From Bugula neritina (taxonomy: Eukaryota > Animalia > Bryozoa), in contig OZ037765.1 in the NCBI GenBank assembly GCA_964035545.1, positions 28,891,504 through 28,955,503 on the forward strand: a stretch of 64,000 nt of DNA, given 5' to 3'. Under the pieces are notes generated by a model. The model did no database searches and was not told where the DNA came from. It saw only the letters and a program-made list of their open reading frames with translations. Made by a program: the position numbers and the translations under genes. Each line of letters begins with the position of its first letter. The first letter of the stretch is position 1. Positions 10,728 to 23,300 of this stretch are shown piece after piece.

Positions 10728-11629
10728 CCCTGATTTAGGAAGGGACAGTATCGGCGGAAATGCCCTTGATTTCCGCACTCCCAGCAAAAGCTGACTGTTT
10801 CTCCCTGTGGCGGCGCCGGTGGCCGCATGGGCTCAGGGGCGGTACTCACTGGGGTTTGTGGTGTCAGTGTTGCTATCAGCTTGGCTAGCATGTCTGTCAG
10901 TTGAGTGACTTTCGATGCCGTCGCCAACTGGGACACGGCAGCCGCGGCGGGGGTTTCCTCCCCTTGTCCCGCGGCCGTGTCTGCGCGGTCTATCTCCACT
11001 TGACGGGAGCTTCCGCGACTTTTATGCATTTGATTAGCTAGGAGGTAAGCTTCCCCCTCAGTCAGAGCATCTTCAACGGTGGTGACTCCCCTAGCTAGAA
11101 ACTGGTGGTGGAGACCCAGATCGTCGACAGATGCTATGAAAGCGTCGAGGGTATACCTCTCGCGGTTGACTGGGGGCAAGTCGCTGTACGCGATCTGTGC
11201 CAGCTTCATGACCGCGGCGGCGTGCTCCCGCAGCGGGGTGCGGGGATCACGCCGCAACCTCTGCAATCGGGCCCTGGCATCTGTAGCAGAGAGGCCGAAG
11301 CGGGCCCGCAGAGAAGCAAAGATATTATCAATGTCTACGCCCAGCCCATAAGGCTTGGCTTTGTCCATCAATGCCATTCTAAGCTTCAGCAAGGCCACCC
11401 TAGGGGGCCACTGGGCAACGTCCATTACGTCGCTAAACTCTTGGATAAATTGTTCCACCTCCTCTTCACCCGTGAAGGTGGGCGCCTTTAACCGGTAGCG
11501 GTCTTCAGTTAGTTCTCGCGGAACCCTTCGCTCTTCTACTACATGGTTAACAGGTATTGTCTCTACAGCATTGTCTCTACGCTCACCTTCTACTGCCGGT
11601 GGTTGAGTTCCAGCATTTTCAGTCTCCAT
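10676..11629 (-). CDS. gag: Gag (capsid-like domain plus CCHC zinc knuckle), 317 aa
   Basis: ATG just after the PBS; KAPTFTGEEEVEQFIQEF...W capsid-type motif; CWECGNQGHFRRYC knuckle. Confidence 0.93.
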   Translation of the reverse strand: METENAGTQPPAVEGERRDNAVETIPVNHVVEERRVPRELTEDRYRLKAPTFTGEEEVEQFIQEFSDVMDVAQWPPRVALLKLRMALMDKAKPYGLGVDIDNIFASLRARFGLSATDARARLQRLRRDPRTPLREHAAAVMKLAQIAYSDLPPVNRERYTLDAFIASVDDLGLHHQFLARGVTTVEDALTEGEAYLLANQMHKSRGSSRQVEIDRADTAAGQGEETPAAAAVSQLATASKVTQLTDMLAKLIATLTPQTPVSTAPEPMRPPAPPQGETVSFCWECGNQGHFRRYCPFLNQGLNYRGPQMFPPPAGRR

Positions 11630-11641
11630 CTTGGATGCACT

Positions 11642-11659
11642 ATCCCACCGCTGCCACCA
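11642..11659 (-). other. Primer-binding site for tRNA-Leu
   Basis: TGGTGGCAGCGGTGGGAT, 1 nt from the 5' LTR, complementary to the ATCCCACCGCTGCCACCA 3' end of animal tRNA-Leu(AAG/TAG type). Confidence 0.88.
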
Positions 11660-11660
11660 C

Positions 11661-11965
11661 TGTTATGTTTTTCAGATTTAGGGTTGATATGCTATCCAGA
11701 GAGTCTACTTATTTGCTATAGAACTGCACCAGGATAAGTCGAGTGAACGAGTATATTTTACACACAATTATACATTATAAAAACGATACAATACATTCAG
11801 ACAATTTACACATCTAATCTATTTGACACTCTAGCTTCGACTGCCTTAGCAGCGGGAAACTATAATTGCTGCTAACTATCAAATACGCTAATTGGCTATC
11901 CATTGTTCCGGGTCAATTACGCGACCCTACATGTTGTGCTGCTGGTAGTTCCACGAACCACCACA
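11661..11965 (-). repeat. 5' LTR (305 bp)
   Basis: 304/305 identical to 4465-4769; adjacent to the PBS; flanked by the ATAG TSD. Confidence 0.97.
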
Positions 11966-12375
11966 ATAGTTAATCTTAATTAGTTTCACTTTTAGTTATT
12001 TAATATTGTACTATTAGTATTAGCATTACTATTACTATAGACAGTATTATACTGTAATAGTACTATTAGTATTACTATTAAACTTAATATAAATATAAAG
12101 ATAATAATTTTAAATATTATTATTAAATTTATTATTATTATATTCAAATTCAATTTTATTCGGCATGACTGATTATAACTACGGATAAATCAAGGCTAGG
12201 TAAACTTGGGAAAATATTTTTTCATAGTAGGCATAATAGCAAGCTAATGTTTATATTACTTATCATTTGATGATAATCATTATGCACCAAAGTAAAAACA
12301 AGCCTTTGAAAATGACTTGGTTGGACTTGGAATCTGTTGAGCGTCAACTTTCTGCAATTACTAACTTGATAAATA

Positions 12376-12530
12376 GGCAAATCGCTTGAAGCAGCACCAA
12401 CTTAGTTATCACTGAGTGCAGTGGCTTGGTGGTGGCGGTGGTGGGGGGTAATTATGGGCACGATATCTATATAAACCTTGCACTAGGTCACCTTTAACAC
12501 GATGCTAACTTTAGTAATTTTCAATAGCAC
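12376..12530. repeat. Dispersed repeat copy A (homologous to 45136-45295)
   Basis: 12388-12429 matches 45150-45191 at 34/42 nt without gaps, followed by a shared G-run and a TCTATA.AAA...TGCACT...TTCAA block. Confidence 0.7.
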
Positions 12531-12932
12531 TAGCGTTAAAATCTGACCTTGACCTACGCATTTTTTTAGTTTTAATTTTCATGTTTTATTTTTCTACTGG
12601 GTTTAAAGAATTGAAGATGGTACAAAGTTTTGTGAGAGCGAGCACTGTTCGAAAAACTTCAACCCTGCACTGGCTATGTAATTTCTTCTGTAGAGTTATC
12701 CTTTCAAGGTTTTAGACAGGACAACTGAATAGTAAATTCCGAACTGCCATCGACAAAATAGCACTAGGGGAGTTATATTCTTTCAGTGAGTTGTATGCAA
12801 TGAGCTCCATTAGTACAAGAAACACGCTTATTTAATGATCTCTAGCCTGCGACTGAAATATATTACATATAAATCTAATAAACCTATTTCTGTCACTAAG
12901 ACTCGGCTTCATTTCTTTTTATTTGTTTGAAA

Positions 12933-15900
12933 ATGGCTGCGATGGAAGAAAATTCTGGAAATTGTAATTCAGAGTTGATAGCCGAGTTAAACCAAAAGAT
13001 TGCTCGCCATAGCAACTTTTTAACTGATTCAAACAGAGCTTCTCGCAAGCGTGGATTAGAAGGAATTATAAAAGAATTATTCAGTGGAGCTTATTCGTCA
13101 TCTAGTTCTACAGTTGTCGTGGTTTACAAAAGTGTTCAGGTAGCCGTCACCAAACTTATAGCAGATCCTGTTGAAAAATGCCGAGAATTGGCTATTTCAA
13201 CGGTTGAGAAGTATCTTGAATTGACAAATGATTACAACACTGTGTTGCCAGCTATCGTACCTTATTTAGTCCAACGTCTTGGTCAACAAGAAATAATTGA
13301 GCCATCGGAAGAGCTGCGACTTCAACTTTCTCAGTTGGCCACCAAACTAGTTTGCTTATCTGAAAAACAAAACAGTCTATATTTGGATGATTACATTAAA
13401 GTTTTGCAAAGAACATTAATTGATCCGTTTTATGAAGTTCGAAAAGAAGCTTGCAAATGCGCTTCTATCCTAGCAAAGTCAATTCCTGAACATTTCCACC
13501 TACAGTCAGAATCATTGATAAAGCCATTACTGCATTCTATATCACATCAACATTATAAAGTGCGAGTTGCAGTAATTAATGCGATTGGTAAGCATGCAAG
13601 TCATTAATTAAATAATTAGTTGCCAAAAACTCAATAACTAATAAGTAATAAGAATAGGAATAAATTAGTGAAGTGTATAATTTTTTTAAGTGGTGTAGGT
13701 ATAAAGTGGTTTTGTAAAATGTTTAGTAATTTACTCTCTGAACATTTCAGCTATGATACCATCATAAAATGAACATAGTTTTTTCTCGCTATGTGATGTG
13801 AAAACTTCAAGGAGTATTCTATATAGTATTATAGTATATTCTTATTGTTTAGGTCGCTTTGCTACAAGTTGTTGAATATTTTTGTAGGCTTTCGATTTTT
13901 TTCCCATTTTGTTAAAAACTTTAGTTTAGAGTCAAGGGTAATCTGCAGTCAATGATGCGAATTGGAAAATTAATCATTTCATTTTTTAAAATGGGATATT
14001 GAAAGTTTTCAACTTACATAACACAGGTTTTACAACTCATCATCAGCAAAAGCTTTGGCTTTGATACTACCCAAAACTTTATTGGAATTAAATATGAACT
14101 GTATAGTTTTTAAACTGTGTTGTCAAAAGAGTTTTTGGATTATCAAATAGGGAAGATAAGTACTAAAAGTTAGTGCTAAGAGCACTTTCTCTTTGTCAGT
14201 AAAACACTGTTCTAATTTATTTTAAATGCAGAAGCTTGGTTTGTGAACATTTAGAACCCAGTCAAAAAATAAAACACACAGTTTAATAGCTGTTTTTTTC
14301 ATATAGCAGTTTGAACAATAACTGTTTTATTTAAGTCATATAGGCAACATGAATTCAATTTGACCTAATCCAATAAAACTGAGTCTATTAAAAAGTGACT
14401 TGCTATTTATTTTCAATTCAAAGAACAATAAACAAATGGGATTGGATTGTTGTCATGACTTAAAAGATAACCTAAGCTGACGAAAATGCAGACTGCTAAC
14501 TATTAGTCTAGTTAGTTTCTACTTGTGATTATTTAGGTCAGGTTTTGTTGTATGGGAACAACAAGAACGTTGACGATGTGGTGAGTCACTTGGCCCAACG
14601 ATTGTTTGATCAGAGTGCTGCAGTGCGAGAAGCTGTGACTAAGTTAGCCGGTATGTGGCTGCTCCAACTTCCTGATCGATACTCTTTCTGGCACAAACTC
14701 ATGCCTTTGCTACTGACCAGTCTGACCGATGAGCTACCTTCAATACAAGAGGAGGCTGCATGCTTGTGGCACGATGTTGGTATGCTAGATGTACTTTTTA
14801 TATGGAGATTTTCATTGAAAACATAGTCAGCTTGACTCTTCTCATCTCTGCAGTTTGAGTTAGGTCTTAGAATGTAGTTTTTTATGTGTCAATGTGGCTT
14901 CATGTTATTGATTTTTTAATCTTTTTTTTTCTGTACACAGATTACATGTGCTTTAGGTATTCGATATTTACGTGAGAATGAAAATGACATGAAGGAGAAG
15001 GAAGATTTTGAAGCTGCGCAACCCAAGCACTACCCCCCTGGTGGTAAGTTATGGTAGTAGTTTAATTGTGACAGTAGAAAACAGGTTTTTGCATAACACA
15101 TTTTTCATTAAAAAAACTGAAACAAAATCATTGGCTAATTTTGGCAAATGTCATTTGCTATGCCTAAAGTTTATTTTTATACAAGATTTTGTTGATACTG
15201 ATATATTTTTTCTAAAGAAATATCTTTAAACTAGTTTTAATTTAAAACTATTTTGTAGTTGAAAGACCGAATTTTGGGTGTAGAGAATTGGTTTACAGGA
15301 ATCAATCCAAGATTATACCAGGGCTATCAAGGGACATACTTGATTGGGTGGTTGAGACGAGGAAAAAGTCTGCCGCTTTACTTTACATTATAGTTCTAAA
15401 TGCTGAGGCTAGCATTACACAGCACATAGCAGTGCTGATGGAAGCTATATATAAAGCTGCAATCGATGAGGAACCTGTAGTTGTCAACTATGTGAGTAGT
15501 TGTCAATCTGTACCTAAAAGATAGAGAGAGGACAATTCTTAAACATGAATTTTGCTACGCTATGATAGTAGATTCACTGCTAATACTATAAGGATATAAA
15601 TATTTTACAAAAATTGTTTGTTTTCTAAGTTTTGAGCCATAACTGGCAAATAGTAATTAAAATGTTACTAAAACTTGTAAAGTTATATTTACAGTTATTG
15701 CATTCAATTTAAGTATCTTTTATAACATCATTTTACGGTTACCTATTTTCTTAATTTTGATGTGTTATTTTTAGGTTGAAAAGACTTGTGAGTTGTTGGG
15801 ATATTTCATCAGCCCTGACGTATGGGTGCCAGTTGTAACGTCTACAATAAAAAAGTATCAACACTTTGGTTCCATTCTAGCCCTAGCTAATCTCATAAAG

Positions 15901-18900
15901 GGTAGCGAAGAATGCAAGCTCAGAGATTCCTTACCTTCTATTTGCTCTTTGATGAGTTCGGCCGATGTCTGCACGTCCAGATTGGTTAGACTAATATATT
16001 TTGTAAAAATAAGTTATTGTTCTTCGGCTAGCAGACCGATTGGAAATACTATTTTCTGATGATGTCTGTTTTATCAACTTTTTGCCTTTTGTTTCACCAT
16101 CAGCAAAACCCTTTTGCTTAATATGCTGTGAATGATTTTAGCATTGGCATCTCTTTTTATAAGGATTATTTTAAGTCATTGAAGGCAATATCTAAATTGA
16201 ATGATTTGAATAATCCTTCGATGTATTTTTAGCAAAATGTGCAGGATAAAACTCTGGACTGTGTCAAAGCTGTGCTAAATCTCTATTCTCTTGGAGTCTT
16301 GGAGCCCATTCCCGTCTCTTACGATCTTTTCAAGACCGTTATTTCCGTCATTTCTGTCAAAACATCAGAAGCTGTAGAGGCCAAGGTAGCAAATAAATAA
16401 TACTTTAATACAAATACAAATGAAACTTTAGAGTCTAAGACATCTATGCATTACATAAGTAATTTGCTTTTTTACGTACAGTTAGTTTATTATTTAAACT
16501 CTTATTTTCAGGGTAAAGCAACTCTTAAAGAATTGAGTGAAGTTCAAGGCTTGGAATATGGTGACTTATTTAAACAGCACGCACTACAGCTTCTAGAGTC
16601 ATTTGGTGATTCTTACTTGCATTGGACTAAGAGTTCAGTGGAGAGACACATGTTTGATGTGTTGATAGTTAATTCAGGTGAGCCAACAGTTAATCAGATT
16701 ATCAGTTGCTTTTCTGTATACAAAGTGATCTTGTGTTAGTACTGAGAAAATTCATTAATGTTTATATTATCTATTGTATTATTATATTTTATTATATTGT
16801 GTTATTGTATTTTTTCATTATTATCTCATGTTATTGTATTTTGTTATTGTATTGTATCATTATAATACTGCATTATTATACTTTGTTATTATTATATTGC
16901 TATGTTATTATATTGTATTATTGTATTGTATTGCTATTATATTATTATATCATTGAGTGTTTATTCCAACAGTGGAGCAGAATAGTCAACCTGAGATGCA
17001 GCTGTGTTTTTTCTGTCTTGAATTTATTGCTTATCAGATTTTGTTAAATAATATCTGCTTGTCAACATAGTAGTAACTTCAGCTGGAATGTTACAGGCCC
17101 AGTTGTTGGAGAGTTGCTGGACAAGATTATTCCAATGATAACAGCTAATATGAAGTCAGATAAAGATATTGAAGTTAAATCAAAGTTATTTAGTTTGGTT
17201 TCTGGACTCATTCAGAATTCGGCTGATACAATCAACTCCACTAATAGGTTAGTATGACTACATGATAGTCACTGCCACGAATCTAAATTAAGATGTTACT
17301 TTGGATATCTTCGGAAGCTTTCTAGACAGTACACAGGTTTATTTCTTGTACAGGTATATTGTTTTTTGAAAGAAAATAATTTGAATATGTTTTTACAATG
17401 ACAGCGTAGCATTGTGATAATCAGAGACATTCTAATTCTTGTGTGTTAATTGAATGTGTTCCTTGTTATGTATTTGTAGTCTATTTAATTTCTGCTGTAA
17501 GTTTTGTGTTTTGTTAGTAATGATTTGTGAATTTTGTTTAGGTTTGGAGATTTTGCTGTTATTCTTGTAAAAGATATGATTTTGCCAAACTGTATTTGGA
17601 AAGCTGGACAAACTGCGGCTGCTTTTAGAACTCTGGCTGTTTCCTGTTTGTGGTCCCTTCTTAAACATAAACTGCTCACAGCTGAACAGGTATAGAATAA
17701 GTCACAAGATGCACACTCTGAATTATAGAGTTTGATTAGCTTTTGCTGAACGAATTTTCTTGGAATGTTGCATCAACTTACTATAATATGCATCTAGAAT
17801 TTACTTACAATAGATTGATATGCTTTACTTTGTATCTAAAGTTTTCTTCTAGAAGAATGCAACAATCTTAATCTGTGACTTCAGTATAACTTTAATATCA
17901 ACGCAGCTTAGAAGTTTAGATTGAATGGATATTTATTTCCACCGAACATACATGTTAAGTTATTGTAAATACAAGGTTACTAGTATTGTTTGCATGGCAG
18001 CACTTCTTGGAGATGTAATGTTGGTTGTTTACAGCTGCTGAGTGTAACTGAGGAACTGCTGACACAGATGCTGACACTGCTAGAAGATGATAGGCTGAAT
18101 ACAAGGCTGGTGACCTGTAGAGTTATTATGCACATGCTGTCCGTAGTTGGCAAGGATATGGACCGCCATAGACTGTACAATATTTATCCTAATCTATTAA
18201 AGAGACTAGATGACAGCAATGATAATGTCAGGTAGTTTATCTCCAGTATTTAGAAAACCAAATCATGACGAGTTGTAAAATAATTTTATATGAATTACCT
18301 TACATTCACCTTCTAATATTTAGTAGTATGTATCTAGCCATTATTTCCTGATAATTTGTGTAATTGGATGTTTGTATAGTATATAGAAATTGATAGAAAT
18401 GCTTTTATCTAATAATAATAAAATGTATACACTGGGTTTTTTATAATTTATATTTTATACTATATATAAGTCTATTAACTATTATTTAGATTTATTTTAT
18501 TTGTTTGCAATTTGCATAGACACATAGTATTCTGGTTGAGATACATATGATAACTCCCCCTTTCTTTCCTGTTGGAAACAAATGCCCTGCCTTACATAAT
18601 GTATACAGTCCTACTATCACATATATAGTATATTCAATGTATCAACATTGTATGTAGGATTGCTGTGTCTAAGACACTAGAAGCATATTTCAAAAGCTTT
18701 GATGATCAGTATGATGCTAAAAGTTACCGAGCTCACTTTGAAGAGCTGGTCAAAGGTCTCTTCCTACATCTGGATGATTCCAATACAGAAGTACAGGAAG
18801 CTGTTCAAGGTATAGTCACATTCCTGTTTAGTTGTACAAGTCGGCAATGAATACTCTATCTAGTTAGTGTGGGACTCTTTCTAATTAATTTGTTAGACTA

Positions 18901-19472
18901 AGATTAAAGTATTGACAAGCATTTTGCCTGCTGACTCAATACTATATTGATTATTGATTATAGATTATTGGTGCTTGAGTAATTGTGTATTTAACTATGT
19001 TATCAAATGCTGTGAAAGGCTGGAGAAAATCAGTTTCAATGTATCAGCAAATTGTGAGACGTTTTCGTTACCACTTAGCTTAAGCATAATAGTATTATAT
19101 TATGATATAAAGGTGTTATAGTAGTGGTTACAATCTGAGTTTTGACAGATCGTATATGATATGTACTAAATCAGATAGATATGTATATTTATGTATAGTA
19201 TAATATATTGGTTAGTATGTCAAACTCTTGGAGTTTACTTTACAACGTGCTAGGAATTTATATTGCAAGTTACACAGTTCAATGTTTAAACCTGTTTCTG
19301 TTAGAACTAAGTTGTATGTTTCACAGGTGTGTTGGAGCATGCAGCAGTAATACAGCCAGAAGTAGTTGTGAAAGAGATAGAGGCGGTACAGCATAAGCAT
19401 CGCACACCAAAGTATTGCAATGCTCTTCTCCGCTATTGTGAGAATCTCAGACTGCAGAATGGTGTTCACTGA
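12933..19472 (+). CDS. DNAAF5: Dynein axonemal assembly factor 5 (HEATR2), multi-exon (first exon 12933-13587, last exon 19327-19472)
   Basis: HEAT-repeat motifs DPVEKCRELA, EPSEELRLQL, HLAQRLFD, RYSFWHKLMPLLLTSLTDE, WKAGQTAAAFR, LLKRLDDSNDNVR, LFLHLDD and the C-terminus HKHRTPKYC; GT-AG introns. Confidence 0.95.
16760..16952. repeat. Degenerate (TAT/TGT)n microsatellite in a DNAAF5 intron
   Basis: tattgtattattatattttattatattgtgttattg...; explains the spurious Y/I/L/C-rich ORFs. Confidence 0.8.
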
Positions 19473-20395
19473 TTGTGGTAGACAACTTCATACGTAGTTT
19501 GATATTGCATGGTGTACTCTTCAACTGTGTTATAGTATATTATGCAATTATAATGCATTGCATGTTACATCTGAAATTTCTAGTTTATAACTGGTTAGCA
19601 GGTGTATATGTTAGTTTTACTGTTTTTGCTCTTGTTTTCTAAAATTGGTTTGTTGCAAAAATAGTTCATTACAGCAGCTGTACTAGATCATACAGCATTG
19701 AATGAATTTTATTTCATTTAAATTTTATATCATATGTATTATATCATTTTTGACACCATTTTTTGTGTTTGATTATATGGTTATGATATGTATAAAATAC
19801 CAAAATACATTTCATAATATAAATATGAGCTATTCTAATTTATGTTTATTATATTTTGTGAACTGTAAAACAGCTTGTGAGAAGTATAGAAATTTATTAA
19901 TATATTCTGTGAAAGTTTTGATGGCATCAGTCAAAACCAATTAGCAGAAATTTGTGTATTGAAAGTAATGTAGATCACTACGGAATTAGGGGTATTGTAA
20001 AATTGCAAATTAGAAGAAAAAATTTGTAGAAAATATAAATAGACGGAAATCATTGCTGTATCTATTGAATGATTGAGATAAAAAAATTGGGATAGCTACA
20101 AATATGTGCTGTGAAGTAATTGAAAAAAGAATGCACCATAAAAATTGGAAATGATTAACAGTACAGAAGACATTTAAGGATAGCTTTATGCATTGTAATT
20201 AAGATTAAAATTAAATAACCAAACAATAAATATGCCTAATCCTAACAGATAAATTTCCATCAACTTTCAGCATAGTCAATCACACATGTAACACAAAAAT
20301 AACTATCTATATATGTACATTGGTCTAAAAAGAGCAATCTAATAAATTAGTTGTATTAAGGTTTTGCTGACAAGATTCTGTTTAGAACCAGTAAC

Positions 20396-23300
20396 TCATA
20401 CTTTCACAGTTGAGCTCACAATCCGGCCAACTGTATTGTCATCGGTGCCAGATTTCTTGGTGTTGTACTGCTCTCGGAACAACTTGGCCTGATTAAGATA
20501 TTGTCTGGCCAGAGCTATTTCGGCTGCCAGTCTGCGTAGATCATCCCCTTCAAACTCTGGTATGCTCACAGTCTATAAAGTATATATTCACCTCTTGATA
20601 ATATTTCTAAAGTAAATAATTGATAAACCAACAAAATCACAAAATAATAATTGAGCAACACATCTTCAACAATTGCTTTCAGTATTGAACTAGGTATTTG
20701 TTTTGAATATTAACAATGTGAGAAGAAATGCCGGTAATGTTTTTACACCAACTATACACATAACAAGTAATTTCATTTGCATGATACTGGTCAAACAAAT
20801 AATTTTGTTTTAATCATTTAATTTTATTGTATATTATTATAAAAAAATACATCTGTTACAGGTAACGGAAGTTGTCTTTCCATCAATAACAAGGTGATCA
20901 AGGAACTTTTTTCAAATACTGTGAAGATGAAAACTACCCTATGAGCGTATGTACATATATAGTCATAAAACGTAAACATTGAAATTTTCAATTTTAAAAT
21001 TTTGAATTAATTGCACGAAGAACTTTTGAAAAAGTTTCATATCAACTATTTACAAAATGCATAACTTTCTCTTTTGTTTACTTTGTGTTTTATAGGGTTC
21101 AAGGACTTTTAAAACCCCATATCTATGAAAATGAAAGCACTGATAAATTATATAGCAAACAAAATACCTCATCAGTGAACCCTTCGTTGAGCACTTTATG
21201 AGCAAACAGGTCGGCATTGAAATCAGGACCATGAGATCTGTGATATCTTCCACCAGTCTCTGCGGCCAGCATCTTCAATCACATTGTATGTTACGGAGTC
21301 ACATTGTATGTTACAGAGTCACATTGTATGTTACAGAGTCACATTGTATGTTACAAAATCACATTATATGTTACAGAGTCACATTGTATGTTATAGAATC
21401 ACATTGTATGTTACAGAGTCACACTGTATGTTACAGAATACAAACAGAGTCAAACAAATGACACACAATTGATATGCGAACTGTTAGTTTGAAACAGCTG
21501 CACATTCAAGTAGAAAATAGTTTTGGGAAGTTGTTCTTCCTTGTTCTTGCTAATTGATTATTTACTACTAATCATGAAGAATAGCTTGCAAATGTGTATA
21601 TAATACAAATAATCAGATAGGGTATTTAGCAAGAAATCATAATATACTTCATGTTTTTAGGATCGTCAAAAGTATTATTATCATCACGTAAAAATTAATA
21701 TTTATGAACTGTAAAACCTGCATGCTACATCCTAACATCAACACACACTATAAAAAATGTTAACAGTATAGAAATTGTCAATAAACAATTTTTAGCTACT
21801 GCCCAGTGATTAAAGAGCTTACCCTGAGAAAGCTGTTAGCACTCTTGTCATCACAGTGGAACGACATGGTATGAATACGAAGCTGCCTATGCTCGTTCAT
21901 TCTAGCCACTTCCTTGAGTACATGTTGAGTACTTGTGTCGGGTTTTCCGTCACTCAGCAGATAAATGGCGTCCAACTCCAGATCACAGAATGCAGTCTAC
22001 AGAAGCAAAAAGTAACAAGTTTTTTTAATAGTTTACAGACAGTAATACTGTCGGTGTCTATTAGCTTCGTTGTGTTTTTCATTTCCAACAAAATATTCTA
22101 TAAACACTTGAAAAATACATGTATAAACATAAAAACTATACAAACTGAAAGCTTTAATAAATCATTTAAAAGAATAAAATAGTTGCAAAACTTTATTATG
22201 TATATAGTTACAATTTTACTGTATTTTCCACAAGTATATTTTGCAAACTAAAAAGCTAAAGTAAATGTTATAGTGAAGATTATGCATGAGCATACTGCTA
22301 TAGTTAGAATTTCTACCATCTTTGAAGCAAGTATTGGTATCACTTACTTGTATTAGCTGTGAACAATCATGGATACAAAAATATTTTCATACTTTTCAAT
22401 TTTTTAAAAAGTCATAATACACACATAATTAGACAAGCATATATACCTGAATAGCCTGCAGGGTGCAAGTATTGCCATCAGCGGAAAGCCTGGATATCCA
22501 CTCAATAGCCTCGTGGCATCTCTCTTCATCTGCCAGCGCTATTTTACTCATCCATTTACTCACATTTTTTGAGAATCCAATCATGTTAAACCTGCAAATA
22601 AATGTATAAAACGCTACAGCTCGATTTTATGTAAAGGCATTTCGATATAGCAGTTCAACTTTCTGCATTTTTCTTATTTGCAGCATTGAAAGAAACATAA
22701 CTAATATTATGATGGTGCTACTAACACGTATTACTATAAAGAAAGTATGAAAGTCTTAACTAGGTTAGTGATACTTAGAGTGCTTTACAGACCTGACTTT
22801 CTGAGGGTAAAGCTGGTCCCATATGAGTGAAGCAAGCTCATGCTTCAACTCATCCATGTGTGACATCATCGAACCAGATATGTCCACCAAAATGGCTACT
22901 TTCTGCTCAACTATTGTGCCAAACACCCTTCTGCTACCTACAATGTATACAAATTTCTAATCATTATTAATGGTGCCCCCGGGCATGTTTGTATTAGTAA
23001 AAACAACATTTGCAAAAATATTTACAGACAGCAAAGATTTACTATAATTTTTTGTAATTTTTACAAGTTTATCCAATTATATATAATAATTAATAAATCT
23101 CAATAAAATAGGTACATAAAACAGCTCTCATAAATATGAGTTGAATTTTTGAAACAAAACTGTGTGATACATTTTCATGAACTTGATTGTTAAAAATTAT
23201 TAAAAATTATTAAAATATAGATAATGTTTCTTGTGTTTAACTCATAATACAACACTTTTTAAAGCTGTTATAGCAGATCTATTTTTTCTAAAACAATCCA

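Larger units (their letters stand above)
4465..11965 (-). mobile_element. Full-length Ty3/Gypsy (Metaviridae) LTR retrotransposon, 7501 bp, with gag, pol and a third non-env ORF
   Basis: Two 305-bp TG...CA direct repeats, ATAG target-site duplication (4461-4464, 11966-11969), PBS, PPT, PR-RT-RNaseH-IN domain order; much more GC-rich than the flanks. Confidence 0.98.

Noticed and set aside
11642-11659. tRNA-Leu gene
   Set aside because: Only the 18-nt 3' end including CCA is present; this is the PBS, with no cloverleaf.
4921-11737. Numerous + strand and alternative-frame ORFs over the retrotransposon
   Set aside because: Shadow ORFs expected in GC-rich coding DNA; no motifs, and many start at non-ATG codons.
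16706-17047. Hydrophobic Y/I/L/C-rich ORFs as membrane proteins
   Set aside because: Translation of a TAT/TGT microsatellite in a DNAAF5 intron.
21198-21472. CRISPR-like array or repeat-protein ORFs
   Set aside because: Head-to-tail 20-bp units with no unique spacers, inside a eukaryotic intron; the ORFs are translations of the minisatellite.
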